This document shows, one piece after another, positions 15,473 to 25,414 of a stretch of DNA of 64,000 nt. The notes beneath the pieces were generated by a model. That model ran no database searches. It was not told where the DNA came from and saw nothing but the letters and a program-made list of their open reading frames with translations. The translations under genes and the position numbers were made by a program. Source of the DNA: a bacterium. GTDB lineage: Bacteria > Patescibacteriota > Minisyncoccia > Phycocordibacterales > UBA2100. The stretch covers positions 1,739 to 65,738 of the forward strand of contig JAJXVV010000004.1 of assembly GCA_021781955.1 (NCBI GenBank), read 5' to 3'. Numbering within the stretch: position 1 is the stretch's first letter; each line of letters begins with the position of its first letter.

Positions 15473-17491
15473 CTATTTTCGCACATCTTTTTCCAGCGCT
15501 TGTATCTCGTCGCGGATGAGCGCGGCGGTCTCGAAGTCGAGCCGGTCGGCCGCCTCGTGCATCTCGCGGCGCTTCTCGCGGATGAGCTTCGCGAGGTCAG
15601 TGCCGGCGGCGCGCTCATCTATGCGTGCGAGCTCGGAGATGGCCCGCGCGCGCGAGCGTTGGATATCGCCGGTGATGTCCTTGATGCGCTTCTCGACTGT
15701 CTTTGGCGTAACGTGATGCTTCGCGTTGTGCGCGAGCTGGATCTCGCGGCGGCGATTCGTCTCTCCGACCGCTCTTTCGAGCGAGCCGGTCATGCGGTCG
15801 GCATACAGTAGTACGCGGCCGTTCACGTTGCGCGCCGCGCGGCCGATCGTTTGGATGAGCGAGGTCTCGCTTCGGAGAAAACCCTCCTTGTCCGCGTCGA
15901 GGATGCCGACCAATTCCACTTCCGGAAGATCTAATCCCTCGCGCAGCAGGTTCACGCCCACGAGCACGTCGAACGCGCCACGGCGGAAGTCGGTGAGGAT
16001 CTCAATGCGTTCGATGGTTTTCACATCGCTGTGGAGGTAGCGCGCTTTCACGCCGCGCTCGACGAGGAATTGCGCGAGGTCCTCGGCCATCTTTTTCGTG
16101 AGCACGGTCACCATGGAGCGAGCGCCGCGTTTCGTCGTTGCTTCCGCTTCGGCGATAAAATCCTTGACCTGCCCAGAGGACGGTCCTCTGCGGTTTTCTG
16201 CGGATACGTCGGCGGTAACGGGGCGAATGACGATCTCCGGATCGACGAGGCCGGTCGGACGGATGACTTGCTGTATCGGCGTACCGCTCAGCCCGAGTTC
16301 GTACGGCGCCGGCGTCGCGGATGTGTAGATGGTCTGTCCCGTGCGCTCGCGGAACTCGTCGAACGTGAGCGGGCGGTTGTCGACGGCGCTCGGCAAGCGG
16401 AAGCCGTGCTCGACGAGCGTATTTTTGCGCGAACGATCTCCCGCGTACATGCCGCCGATCTGCGAGATGGTCACGTGAGACTCATCGATGACAGTGAGAA
16501 AATCTTTTGGGAAATATGAGAGCAGCGTGTAGGGCGGCTCCCCCGGCTTGCGGCGGTCGAAATGCCGCGAGTAATTCTCGATGCCGTTGCAGTAGCCGAA
16601 CTCGCGGATCATGGTGATGTCCTGGCGCGTTCGGCGCTTCAAGCGCTCAGCTTCGAGCGGCTTGCCGGCGGCATCGAGCTCCTTGAGCCGCTGCTTGAGT
16701 TCCGCTTCGATGTCGGCGAGCGCCGCATCCTGCACATCCTTCGGCGTCACATACTGGCGCGCCGGGAAGATGAACAGCGCTTCATGCCGCGTGACGATGG
16801 CGCGCGTCATCGCATCTATCTCCTCTATCTTGGAGACGCGACCGCCCGCGAGATCGATCCGATAGACGACTCGCTCGCCCGCCGGCATGACCTCGACGTA
16901 CGCACCGAGCGCGCGGAACGTGCCGGGCGAAAGATCGCCGGTCGTACGCTCGAAGTAGATGGAGATGAGCTTGCGGGTGAGCGTTGCGCGCGTCATCTGC
17001 TCGCCCTGCATCAGCTTGAGATTGACCTTCTCGTACTCAATCGGCGAACCGAGGCCGTAGATGCACGAGACCGACGCGACGACGATGACATCCTTGCGCG
17101 TGAGGAGCGCCTGCGTCGCGGCATGCCGCAAGCGCTCGATGTCCTCGTTGATCTGCGCCTCTTTCTCGATGTAGGTGTCGGTGACGGGCACGTACGCTTC
17201 CGGCTGATAGTAGTCGTAGTAGGAAACGAAATAATGCACCGCGTTGTGCGGGAAGAACTCGCGGTACTCAGCGGCGAGCTGCGCGGCAAGAGTTTTGTTG
17301 TGCGCGATGACCAGGGTCGGGCGCTGCGCCTCGGCGATCATGTTGGCGACCGTAAAAGTCTTGCCCGAACCGGTCACGCCGAGGAGCGTCTGATCACGCT
17401 TTCTCTCTTGTAGGCCCTGCACGAGCGAACGAATGGCCTCCGGCTGATCGCCGGAGGGCTGGTATGACGATTCGAGCTTGAACCCGTTCAC
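15473..17491 (-). CDS. uvrB: Excinuclease ABC subunit B
   Basis: Helicase motifs (GVTGSGKTFT), beta-hairpin region and a C-terminal UVR domain (FETAALIRDEIQALEK). 672 aa. Confidence 0.9.
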   Translation of the reverse strand: MNGFKLESSYQPSGDQPEAIRSLVQGLQERKRDQTLLGVTGSGKTFTVANMIAEAQRPTLVIAHNKTLAAQLAAEYREFFPHNAVHYFVSYYDYYQPEAYVPVTDTYIEKEAQINEDIERLRHAATQALLTRKDVIVVASVSCIYGLGSPIEYEKVNLKLMQGEQMTRATLTRKLISIYFERTTGDLSPGTFRALGAYVEVMPAGERVVYRIDLAGGRVSKIEEIDAMTRAIVTRHEALFIFPARQYVTPKDVQDAALADIEAELKQRLKELDAAGKPLEAERLKRRTRQDITMIREFGYCNGIENYSRHFDRRKPGEPPYTLLSYFPKDFLTVIDESHVTISQIGGMYAGDRSRKNTLVEHGFRLPSAVDNRPLTFDEFRERTGQTIYTSATPAPYELGLSGTPIQQVIRPTGLVDPEIVIRPVTADVSAENRRGPSSGQVKDFIAEAEATTKRGARSMVTVLTKKMAEDLAQFLVERGVKARYLHSDVKTIERIEILTDFRRGAFDVLVGVNLLREGLDLPEVELVGILDADKEGFLRSETSLIQTIGRAARNVNGRVLLYADRMTGSLERAVGETNRRREIQLAHNAKHHVTPKTVEKRIKDITGDIQRSRARAISELARIDERAAGTDLAKLIREKRREMHEAADRLDFETAALIRDEIQALEKDVRK
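16173..16190. repeat. 18-bp perfect palindrome CCAGAGGACGGTCCTCTG (copy 1 of 3), inside the uvrB CDS
   Basis: Read directly. On the coding strand it translates in-frame to RRGPSSG within uvrB. Confidence 0.8.
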
Positions 17492-17503
17492 CAGAACACT
17501 CTA

Positions 17504-18748
17504 CTACGAAAGCAGCAGCGCGCACACTTGCTTCTTGCCGCGGCGAAGCATCGCGATGCCTTCGTGAAAGTCGGCAGCATCGAGGACGCGCTTTTCGTCC
17601 ACGACCTGGTCGTTGAGGGCTACGGCCCGGTCCGCAAGGAATTGCCGCGCCTCGCGCTTGGACGACGCGAGCGATGAGGCGATGAGCGCGTCGACGAGCG
17701 GCATGCCTGCCTGCACCTCGCAGTGCGGCGCGGCGCGGCGCAACGTCTCGCGCGCGTGTTCCGACAAAATGTCGAGCGACGCTTCGCCGAAAAGCACCTC
17801 AGTGACCGACTCCGCTTCCTCCGCTTGTTCCTGCCCGTGTACGAGCTTGGTCACCTCGCGCGCGAGCAAACGCTGCGCGCCGCGCGATTTCTTATTTCGC
17901 TTGTGCAGTTCGGCGGCAGCAGCTATCTCTTCGAGCGTCAGGAGCGTAAAGAGCTTCAAATAGTGCTCGACGCTCTCGTCGTTCACATTGAACCAGAATT
18001 GGTAGAACGCGTACGGCGTCGTCATCTCCGGATCGAGCCAGATGGCATTGCCCTCGCTCTTGCCAAATTTCTTCCCGCTCGCCTTGTCGGTGACGATGGG
18101 CAGCGTCAAGCCGTAGGCGGTCTTCTCTTCTTTGCGACGAATGAGATCAACGCCGGTCACGATATTGCCCCACTGATCGGAGCCGCCGACCTGCACGTCG
18201 CAGCCATGCTCCGTGAAGAGGTGCCAGAAATCGTACGCTTGCAAGAGCGGGTACGAGAATTCCGTGAACGATATTCCCTCTTCGCTCTTGAGTCGCGCGG
18301 CGATCGCGTCTTTTTTGACGAGGCCGTTGACCGTGAAATATTTGCCGATATCGCGAAGGAACGCGATGAGATCGAGCTTCGTGAGCCAATCGGCGTTGTT
18401 GACCGCCGTCAGCTCGATACCACCGAGAAGTTTCTGCGCCTGTGTTCTGAGCTTTTCGGCGCGCGCGGCGATGGTCGCCTCATCAAGGAGCGGGCGCTCG
18501 ACATCGGGTTTCGGATCGCCGATGAGTCCGGTGCCGCCACCCAAGAGCACGATGACCCTATGTCCAGCTTCAGCAAAGTGTCGTAAAAGCATGTAACCGG
18601 CGAGGTTGCCGATGTGGATGGATTCTGCGGTCGGATCGACGCCAAGGTAAACTGTGCGCTTGGGACCGTCGGTAATTTCCTCAAGCCTCTCCGACGAGAA
18701 TTGGTAGACAAACCCGCGCCGTTGCAGCGTCTCGGACAATTTCACCAT
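17504..18748 (-). CDS. tyrS: Tyrosine--tRNA ligase
   Basis: Class I HIGH motif (SIHIGNL) and KMSKS-like motif (KFGKSEGN), with a C-terminal S4-like domain. Start at MVKLSETLQRRGFV. Confidence 0.9.
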   Translation of the reverse strand: MVKLSETLQRRGFVYQFSSERLEEITDGPKRTVYLGVDPTAESIHIGNLAGYMLLRHFAEAGHRVIVLLGGGTGLIGDPKPDVERPLLDEATIAARAEKLRTQAQKLLGGIELTAVNNADWLTKLDLIAFLRDIGKYFTVNGLVKKDAIAARLKSEEGISFTEFSYPLLQAYDFWHLFTEHGCDVQVGGSDQWGNIVTGVDLIRRKEEKTAYGLTLPIVTDKASGKKFGKSEGNAIWLDPEMTTPYAFYQFWFNVNDESVEHYLKLFTLLTLEEIAAAAELHKRNKKSRGAQRLLAREVTKLVHGQEQAEEAESVTEVLFGEASLDILSEHARETLRRAAPHCEVQAGMPLVDALIASSLASSKREARQFLADRAVALNDQVVDEKRVLDAADFHEGIAMLRRGKKQVCALLLS

Positions 18749-18761
18749 CCGCGAAATATAG

Positions 18762-18806
18762 CATAAAAAGGGTCGCGCGGCGGGGAGAGCACCGCCGGCG
18801 CGACCC
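18762..18806 (-). terminator. Terminator-like hairpin plus U-tract in the tyrS 5' leader (candidate attenuator)
   Basis: The minus strand reads GGGTCGCGCCGGCGG-tgctctcc-CCGCCGCGCGACCC followed by TTTTTAT. It ends 14 nt upstream of the tyrS ATG. No minus-strand gene lies upstream that it could terminate. Confidence 0.45.
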
Positions 18807-18944
18807 GGCGAAGCGTCAAGATCGCCGCTTGCCGCGACGCCGTAGCCCATGCCACAAGCCGCTGCGACACGCACAGCGCGCCACGCCCAACAGAAATTTG
18901 GAATAAACGCGCCGAGAGGCTTGTACTATGAACGAAGCGCTTAT

Positions 18945-20732
18945 ATGCAACTCTCATCCTCCCTTACCAGCGTGCGCGCGTATGTGGTCGCGCACAAGAT
19001 CACGAGCACGCTCATCGCCATCGTTGTCGTGGGCGGCGGGTACTGGGGCTGGGTGGCGACCCACCCGGCGACCACGCAGACCTACTACATCATCGGCAAT
19101 GTCGCGACCGGAACGATCGTGGCGGCCGTGTCCGAGTCGGGCCAAGTATCGACGACCGACACAGTCGCCATTCAACCGCAAGTCTCGGGCCAGATCACCT
19201 GGGTAGGCGTGCAGCCGGGCGACAAGGTATATGCGGGCGAGAAGCTGGTGACGATTGATAACACGACGGCCCTCCAAAATCTTGCGGCAGCGAAACGCAC
19301 ACTTGCCTCCGATCAGCTCACGTATCAGCAGAGCCAGGCTCAGGCGCCCATTACCTACCAGAACGATCTCAACGCGCTTGCGACCGCCAATACAAACCTG
19401 CAGAACGACTACAACACGACCTACAACGACCTCGTCAACGCCTACCTCAACTTGCCGGGCGTCATCAACGGCGCGCAGGCGGCAATCTATGGCTACGATT
19501 TCGATCCGAAAAAGACCCAGTGGAACATGGACGTGCTCGCCAACGTCTTCACCGGCCAAGAGAACACGACCAACGTCCAAAACTTTAAGACCGCCTCGAT
19601 GAACGACTACCAAACCGCAGACACCGCGTACAACGCCGCGCTCGCCGCGTACCAGCAGACGCCGCGTACGGCCACGACAACCGCGATCGACGCGCTCCTT
19701 TCGCAATCCGTCCAGACCGAGACCGACGTCGCGCAGTCGCTCCAAAGCGAGCTGAATTTCTTCGGCGCGGTGTCCGATCTCGCGCAGGCGAACACCATCA
19801 CGCTTCCGGCAAAATTCCCGACCGTGCAGAGCAACACCACTTCATACCTCGCGACCGCCAACAGCGCGCTCACGACGCTCTTGAACGACCAAAAGACCTT
19901 GCAGAACGACGAGCAGGCCATCACCAACGCGCAGCAGACGATCACGCTTGCCCAAGTCGGCAATCCCCAGGGCGACAATCCTATCAGCTTGCAAGTGTCC
20001 TCGAGCAGCATCCTGCAAGAGCAGCAGAACATCGCGACGCAGGAGGCCAACCTTGCCGACTACGCGATCACCGCGCCTTTTGACGGCACGGTCTCTGCGG
20101 TCGGCGCGCAGGTGGGCAACAACGCGAGCGGCGACCTCGTGACGATCATCTCCAACTCGCAAATCGCCGACCTCTCCATCAACGAGGTCGATGCCGCGCA
20201 GATCAAACTCGGCGACAAGGTCACGCTCACCTTTGACGCGATCAACGGCCTGTCGCTCACGGGCAAAGTCGTCCAGATCGACTCCGTAGGCACGGTGAGC
20301 CAAGGCGTCGTGTCCTACACCATCGAAGTCTCGTTCGACACCCAGGACCCGCGCGTGAAATCCGGCATGACCGTCAATGCGGACATACAGACCGGGGTCG
20401 CGCGCGACGCGATGATCGTTCCCTCCTCCGCGATCAAGACGGCGTCGAACGGCCAGAGTTACGTGCTCGCGTTCCAGCCGGCACTACCAGCCGCGACGGT
20501 CGCCGCCGCCGGATCGGGCGGTATCACCTCGGCGACCCAGCCGGTGCAGATCCCGGTCGTGACCGGACTATCGGACACGACCGATACGCAGATCGTCTCG
20601 GGCCTCGCGTCGGGCCAGCAGATCGTCGTCTCGACCCGCACCGGCGGCCCCGTGACCGCGACCGCAGCGACCGCGGCGACGAGCCGGTTCGGCGGGGGCG
20701 GCGGAGCGGTCATTCGAGGTTTCGGCGGCTAA
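18945..20732 (+). CDS. Efflux pump periplasmic adaptor (membrane fusion protein, HlyD/MacA family) with an unusually long coiled-coil
   Basis: N-terminal TM anchor, a biotinyl-lipoyl-like region, a Q/N/T/A-rich coiled-coil of ~250 aa, then beta-barrel/MP domains. 595 aa from MQLSSSL. It precedes a MacB-type ATPase. Confidence 0.75.
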   Translation: MQLSSSLTSVRAYVVAHKITSTLIAIVVVGGGYWGWVATHPATTQTYYIIGNVATGTIVAAVSESGQVSTTDTVAIQPQVSGQITWVGVQPGDKVYAGEKLVTIDNTTALQNLAAAKRTLASDQLTYQQSQAQAPITYQNDLNALATANTNLQNDYNTTYNDLVNAYLNLPGVINGAQAAIYGYDFDPKKTQWNMDVLANVFTGQENTTNVQNFKTASMNDYQTADTAYNAALAAYQQTPRTATTTAIDALLSQSVQTETDVAQSLQSELNFFGAVSDLAQANTITLPAKFPTVQSNTTSYLATANSALTTLLNDQKTLQNDEQAITNAQQTITLAQVGNPQGDNPISLQVSSSSILQEQQNIATQEANLADYAITAPFDGTVSAVGAQVGNNASGDLVTIISNSQIADLSINEVDAAQIKLGDKVTLTFDAINGLSLTGKVVQIDSVGTVSQGVVSYTIEVSFDTQDPRVKSGMTVNADIQTGVARDAMIVPSSAIKTASNGQSYVLAFQPALPAATVAAAGSGGITSATQPVQIPVVTGLSDTTDTQIVSGLASGQQIVVSTRTGGPVTATAATAATSRFGGGGGAVIRGFGG

Positions 20733-20756
20733 ATCCTCGTCTCGCCAACGCACGAC

Positions 20757-21491
20757 ATGATCGAGGTCAAGAACATAATCAAAACGTACGGATCCGGAGA
20801 CGCCGCGTTCCAAGCGCTCAAGGGCGTCACATTCACCATCCAAGACGGAGAGTTCGTCGCTATTATGGGCCCGTCGGGTTCCGGCAAATCGACGCTCATG
20901 CATATCCTCGGCTGCCTCGACACCGCGACCTCCGGCTCGTACGTCCTCGACGGCAAAGACGTCTCTCGGCTCTCGGACGACGATCTCGCGACCATCCGCG
21001 GGCAGCGCATCGGCTTCGTGTTCCAATCGTTCAACCTCCTTCCCCGCACGAGCGTGCTGCGCAACGTCATGCTTCCGCTCGTGTACGACGCGGCGATACC
21101 GCTCGAGGAGCGCCACGCGCGCTCGTCGGCGGCGCTGCGTGCTGCCGGCCTTTCCGATGAGTTCTTCGGACACTTGTCCAACCAGCTCTCCGGCGGACAA
21201 ATCCAGCGCGTCGCTATCGCGCGGGCGCTCGTCAACGATCCGACGATGATACTGGCCGACGAACCGACCGGTAACCTCGACACGATGACCGGCGAGATCG
21301 TGCTCGGCACCTTTCAACGGCTGAACGAGGAGCATAAACGCACGATCGTGCTCATTACGCACGAACCCGACGTCGCCGAGCACGCGGAACGCATCATCAC
21401 GGTGCGCGACGGGCTTATCACGTCAGATTCCAAGAATCACAAGCGCCGCCGCGCGCTCCTCGCCGAAGCGAGCGCGCGCCAACCCGTATGA
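20757..21491 (+). CDS. ABC transporter ATP-binding protein, MacB/LolD type
   Basis: Walker [10 protein letters not shown], signature LSGGQIQR and Walker [12 protein letters not shown]. Confidence 0.85.
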   Translation: MIEVKNIIKTYGSGDAAFQALKGVTFTIQDGEFVAIMGPSGSGKSTLMHILGCLDTATSGSYVLDGKDVSRLSDDDLATIRGQRIGFVFQSFNLLPRTSVLRNVMLPLVYDAAIPLEERHARSSAALRAAGLSDEFFGHLSNQLSGGQIQRVAIARALVNDPTMILADEPTGNLDTMTGEIVLGTFQRLNEEHKRTIVLITHEPDVAEHAERIITVRDGLITSDSKNHKRRRALLAEASARQPV

Positions 21492-22738
21492 AAACGAAAG
21501 ACCTCCTCGAAGAGACTGTGACTGCGCTCTCGGCCAACAAGGCGCGTTCAAGCCTCACCGTTCTGGGCATCGTCATAGGCATCTCGTCCGTCATCGCGAT
21601 GATATCGGTCGGCCAAGGCGCTTCCTCCGGCATCCAGTCGTCCATCCAATCCCTCGGTTCCAACCTCATCATGGTGACGCCGGGCGCAGCGCGAGGACCT
21701 GGCGGCTTCGGCGTGAGCGCGGGCCGCGGATCGGCTTCGACGCTCGTCCAGGCCGACGCCACCGCTATCGCCTCTTCCGTTCAAAACGTCACCGCCCTCT
21801 CGAGCGAGGTCTCGAGCCGGCAGCAAGTGACCGCAAAAGGCACAAACACCAACGTCTCCGTCGACGGCGTCAACGCCGCATACGCGCAGGTCCGCAATGT
21901 GCAGATGGACCAGGGATCGTTCGTGACCGATCAGCAGAGCCAAAGCCTGCAGAAGGTCGCCGTGCTGGGACCCACCGTCGCGAGCGATCTTTTCGGCACC
22001 GACAGCACGACGGCCGACGGCCTGCCGGCCGGTATCGTCGGGCAGGCCATCCGGATCAAGAGCATGCAGTTCATCGTTATCGGCATCACCCAGTCGAAGG
22101 GCGGAAGCGGCCCTGGCAATCAGGACGACATGGTCTACATTCCGCTTGAAACGGCCCAACTCTTCCTCACGGGCAACAATTCGGTCACGACCATCGATAT
22201 CCAAGCTGCGAGCGCCAACGCGATGACGCAAGTGCAGAATGACATCACGACGCTGCTCCTGCAGCGCCACAACATTTCCGATCCGACGAAAGCCGACTTC
22301 AGCACGCTCAACCAGAACGACCTGCTCTCGACGGTTTCGAACGTTACGCAAACGCTCACCATCCTGCTCGCCTCGATCGCAGGCATCTCGCTTCTGGTCG
22401 GCGGCATCGGCATCATGAACATGATGCTCACCACCGTGACCGAACGCACCCGCGAGATCGGTCTGCGTAAGGCGATCGGAGCGAAACGCGGCGATATCAG
22501 TACGCAATTCCTCGCTGAGGCGGTCATGCTAACGCTCCTCGGCGGCGCGATCGGCGTTTTGCTCGGCGTCGGCATCTCCTACGTGGTCGGCGCGCTCGGC
22601 CTCATCGCCACGATGATATCGTGGAATTCGGTCGTGCTCGCCTTCGGCGTCTCGGCCGCGATCGGCATCGCCTTCGGTTACTACCCGGCGCGGCGTGCCG
22701 CTCACATGAACCCGATCGACGCGCTCCGCTACGAGTGA
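21488..22738 (+). CDS. ABC transporter permease, MacB/FtsX family
   Basis: N-terminal TM helix, a large periplasmic MacB-PCD-like domain and a C-terminal 3-TM FtsX domain. The overlapping stop/start suggests translational coupling with the ATPase. Confidence 0.8.
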   Translation: MKTKDLLEETVTALSANKARSSLTVLGIVIGISSVIAMISVGQGASSGIQSSIQSLGSNLIMVTPGAARGPGGFGVSAGRGSASTLVQADATAIASSVQNVTALSSEVSSRQQVTAKGTNTNVSVDGVNAAYAQVRNVQMDQGSFVTDQQSQSLQKVAVLGPTVASDLFGTDSTTADGLPAGIVGQAIRIKSMQFIVIGITQSKGGSGPGNQDDMVYIPLETAQLFLTGNNSVTTIDIQAASANAMTQVQNDITTLLLQRHNISDPTKADFSTLNQNDLLSTVSNVTQTLTILLASIAGISLLVGGIGIMNMMLTTVTERTREIGLRKAIGAKRGDISTQFLAEAVMLTLLGGAIGVLLGVGISYVVGALGLIATMISWNSVVLAFGVSAAIGIAFGYYPARRAAHMNPIDALRYE

Positions 22739-22781
22739 CCTCGGGTAATTATTATCCATTACGAATAGTTCATCTTTACGT

Positions 22782-23234
22782 ATGAGTAAACAGCTTGTTA
22801 TCGGGGCCATCGTCGGGATCATCGTCGGAGGCGGCATCGGCGCCTGGGGCGGTATGCAGTACCAGGCATCGCAAAACCCTGTTCGGAACGGCTTCGGCAA
22901 CGCCGGAGGCACCTTCTCCGGTCGCTCGGGAGGGGTCGGCGGCTCCCGCAGTGGCGCGGGAGCGATCTTCGGAACCATTATATCCGCAGATGCGTCATCA
23001 ATAACGGTACAGATCGGGGGTCCGAGCGCCTCAACGACTAACGGCGCCGCGAGCGGTACCAAGATCGCACTGCTCGACAATTCGACGCAGATCGAGAAAA
23101 TCATCGTCGGCAGCGTGAGCGATCTCACCGTCGGCCGGACCGTCATGGTGTCCGGAACCGCAAACAGCGACGGCTCCATCACCGCGCAATCCATTCAGAT
23201 CCGCCCTGCGGGCGCTCGTCCGGCGGGGCAATAG
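22782..23234 (+). CDS. Membrane-anchored Gly/Ser-rich small protein (possibly DUF5666-like)
   Basis: N-terminal TM anchor, Gly-rich linker, then a beta-rich segment (SITVQIGG...VGRTVMVSGTANSDGSITAQSIQI). The family assignment is from memory only. Confidence 0.45.
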   Translation: MSKQLVIGAIVGIIVGGGIGAWGGMQYQASQNPVRNGFGNAGGTFSGRSGGVGGSRSGAGAIFGTIISADASSITVQIGGPSASTTNGAASGTKIALLDNSTQIEKIIVGSVSDLTVGRTVMVSGTANSDGSITAQSIQIRPAGARPAGQ

Positions 23235-23255
23235 ATCACGAATCGGTGCCAGGGC

Positions 23256-23287
23256 AAAAGCCGCGATGCAAAGCGCTGCGGCTTTTG
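23256..23287. terminator. Bidirectional intrinsic terminator between convergent genes
   Basis: AAAAGCCGC-(13-nt loop)-GCGGCTTTT lies between the + strand gene ending at 23234 and the - strand PAP2 gene ending at 23299. Confidence 0.45.
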
Positions 23288-23298
23288 CGTATGCTCAG

Positions 23299-23946
23299 TC
23301 AAGCACTGTGAACGGTCTCCCTGCCGACCACCGTGCCAAGTATGAGACCGGCGACAACGTCGGAAAACCAATGGAATCCTACCGCCGCTCCTGCGGCGAC
23401 AAGAGCGACTTCAGTGAACAGAATGATCTTGATCGCGTAAGAGCGGTATGCGGAGACGAACGCAAGCGCGCCTGCCATGGCAGTCGCCGCATGCGAGGAT
23501 GGCCAACCCCAAAAGACGCCGTTGCGTAAAACGCCGAATTGAAACTCTTTACTGATGTCGCTGCCGCCGATCGTGCCCAAGAATTCCGGCTGAATACGGC
23601 CGGTAAAGACTTTGTAGAACATCGTCACGACGAGCGCGGCGAGCACGGCTCGCGCGACCGAAGCGCCGGCGCGTCGGAGCTTGTCGTTATGCAGAAAATC
23701 CCCGGCGACGTACGGTACGAGCGCAAGCAAGACCGGCACGAAAAAACCGCCGATGCCCGCGGCCCACACGAGCGGATAGAGCATCGTACTGCGGGTTGCT
23801 TCATAAAAATGCCAATCAGTATCGGTGAGCACGATGACTGCGGTCAGCGCGACGGCGATCGCATGCCACCGGAGGTTACGAGTTGAAAAAACGGAGCGCA
23901 GTGTCCGAGGAAAGCCCGTGAACACCTCCTCAAACATGCGCATCAC
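23299..23946 (-). CDS. PAP2-family lipid phosphatase
   Basis: PAP2 motifs PSSHAA and FHWFSDVVAG in a 6-TM protein. Confidence 0.7.
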   Translation of the reverse strand: MMRMFEEVFTGFPRTLRSVFSTRNLRWHAIAVALTAVIVLTDTDWHFYEATRSTMLYPLVWAAGIGGFFVPVLLALVPYVAGDFLHNDKLRRAGASVARAVLAALVVTMFYKVFTGRIQPEFLGTIGGSDISKEFQFGVLRNGVFWGWPSSHAATAMAGALAFVSAYRSYAIKIILFTEVALVAAGAAVGFHWFSDVVAGLILGTVVGRETVHSA

Positions 23947-25394
23947 CGTTCCGGGCGCAGGAGCGGGAAAAGCTGCGCCTCGTGGGCGGGGACGTTCTCG
24001 AGAAAGGCAAAAAGGCGTTCCGAGACACCGAAGCCGAAGGAAGGTGGCATGCCGTACTCCATCGCGCGCACGTATGCATCATCGAGGCGCTGCGCCTCGT
24101 CGTCGCCTTCGTCGCGCAGCCTCTGTTGCTCCTCGAAGCGCGTGCGCTGATCGAGCGGATCGTTGAGCTCGCTAAAGCCCTTGCCTACCTCGCTGCCCGC
24201 GAGAATGACCTGCAAGCGTTCGACCGTTTCCGGCTTTTCGACGAAGCGCTTCGCGAGCGGCTCCAGATAGACCGGCACGCCGACCAGAAACGCTGGTCCG
24301 GAAATGCCTTTGCGCAGTTTTTTCCAAAGATGGTCGACCGCGCGCGCTTTGTTGAGCGTCTCTCCCACCTCGATGTGCGCATCGCGCACCGCCCGTACCG
24401 CCTCCTCTTCGCTGCACGAGAGCGGATCGATGTCGTACTCTTTTTGTATCGCGTCGCAAAAATCGACGACCTTCCATTCCTCGGCGAGATCGATCGTGTG
24501 ACCATGCATTTCGAACGTGTACTTCCCGTAGACCTCCTTGGCGATCGAGCGGTAAAGCTCCTGCACGAACACGCCGCCTTTTTTAAGGTCGCTGTACGCT
24601 TCGTACGACTCGAGCTGTGTATAATCCTGCAAGTGCTCGCGCGACTGGCCTTCATTGCGGAAAATGCGGCCGATCTCGAAGACTTTCGGGAAACCCGCGA
24701 TCAAAAGCTCCTTTTGCCAGAGCTCGCCTGCGGCAATGCGTAGATACACTTCGATATCGAGCGCGTTGTGATGTGTAATGAACGGACGCGCATCGGCTCC
24801 GCCGGGCGTCGTCTCAAGAGCGGGCGTTTCCACCTCGAGGAAACCGCGCGCGCGATAAAAGTCACGTATCGCTTGCCAGAATCTCGCGCGCCGCTCGAAG
24901 CGTTGCCGGAGCTCGCCATTGAGCAATATATCGAGGTACCGTCGGCGCAATTTGAGCTCTTCGTCCTTGAGGCCGAACCAGCTGTCGGGCACGGGGAGGA
25001 GCGATTTTGAAAGCATGCGCCAGGAGCGCTGCCGGAGCGATGATTGTCCGCGCCTGGTTTTGAAAGCGGTTCCCGTAAACTCCACGAAATCGCCGACATC
25101 GACGGCCTGCGAGAACAGGTCGACCTGGCTCCCTTCGCCTTCTTGCACGACGACCTGTGCCTTACCCGTGCCATCGGACACATCGACGAACGTGATGCCG
25201 CCCTGCCCGCGCAGGGAAAGGACGCGGCCGGCCAACGTCGTTGGCCGGCCGCTCTCTTCCAATTCGCCGAATCCCGCGAGAAAATCCGCACACGACGCGT
25301 CGCGAGCAGTCGACGCTGGATATGCGGGCATCCCCGCTTCCCGCAGCAATTCGATTTTCTTGAGTCGCTCCGCTCGGATATCCGCTTCGCTCAT
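23943..25394 (-). CDS. lysS: Lysine--tRNA ligase (class II)
   Basis: OB-fold anticodon-binding N-terminus and class II motifs (FRNEG; GGGIGIDRL-like ...GFGFGVSERL). Start at MSEADIRAERLKK. Confidence 0.9.
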   Translation of the reverse strand: MSEADIRAERLKKIELLREAGMPAYPASTARDASCADFLAGFGELEESGRPTTLAGRVLSLRGQGGITFVDVSDGTGKAQVVVQEGEGSQVDLFSQAVDVGDFVEFTGTAFKTRRGQSSLRQRSWRMLSKSLLPVPDSWFGLKDEELKLRRRYLDILLNGELRQRFERRARFWQAIRDFYRARGFLEVETPALETTPGGADARPFITHHNALDIEVYLRIAAGELWQKELLIAGFPKVFEIGRIFRNEGQSREHLQDYTQLESYEAYSDLKKGGVFVQELYRSIAKEVYGKYTFEMHGHTIDLAEEWKVVDFCDAIQKEYDIDPLSCSEEEAVRAVRDAHIEVGETLNKARAVDHLWKKLRKGISGPAFLVGVPVYLEPLAKRFVEKPETVERLQVILAGSEVGKGFSELNDPLDQRTRFEEQQRLRDEGDDEAQRLDDAYVRAMEYGMPPSFGFGVSERLFAFLENVPAHEAQLFPLLRPER

Positions 25395-25414
25395 GGAGAA
25401 ATGATACCAGGGGA

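Noticed and set aside
18749-18944. Canonical T-box riboswitch upstream of tyrS
   Set aside because: I could not find the T-box consensus or a stem I of adequate length. Only the terminator-like hairpin is supported, so it is reported as a generic attenuator candidate.
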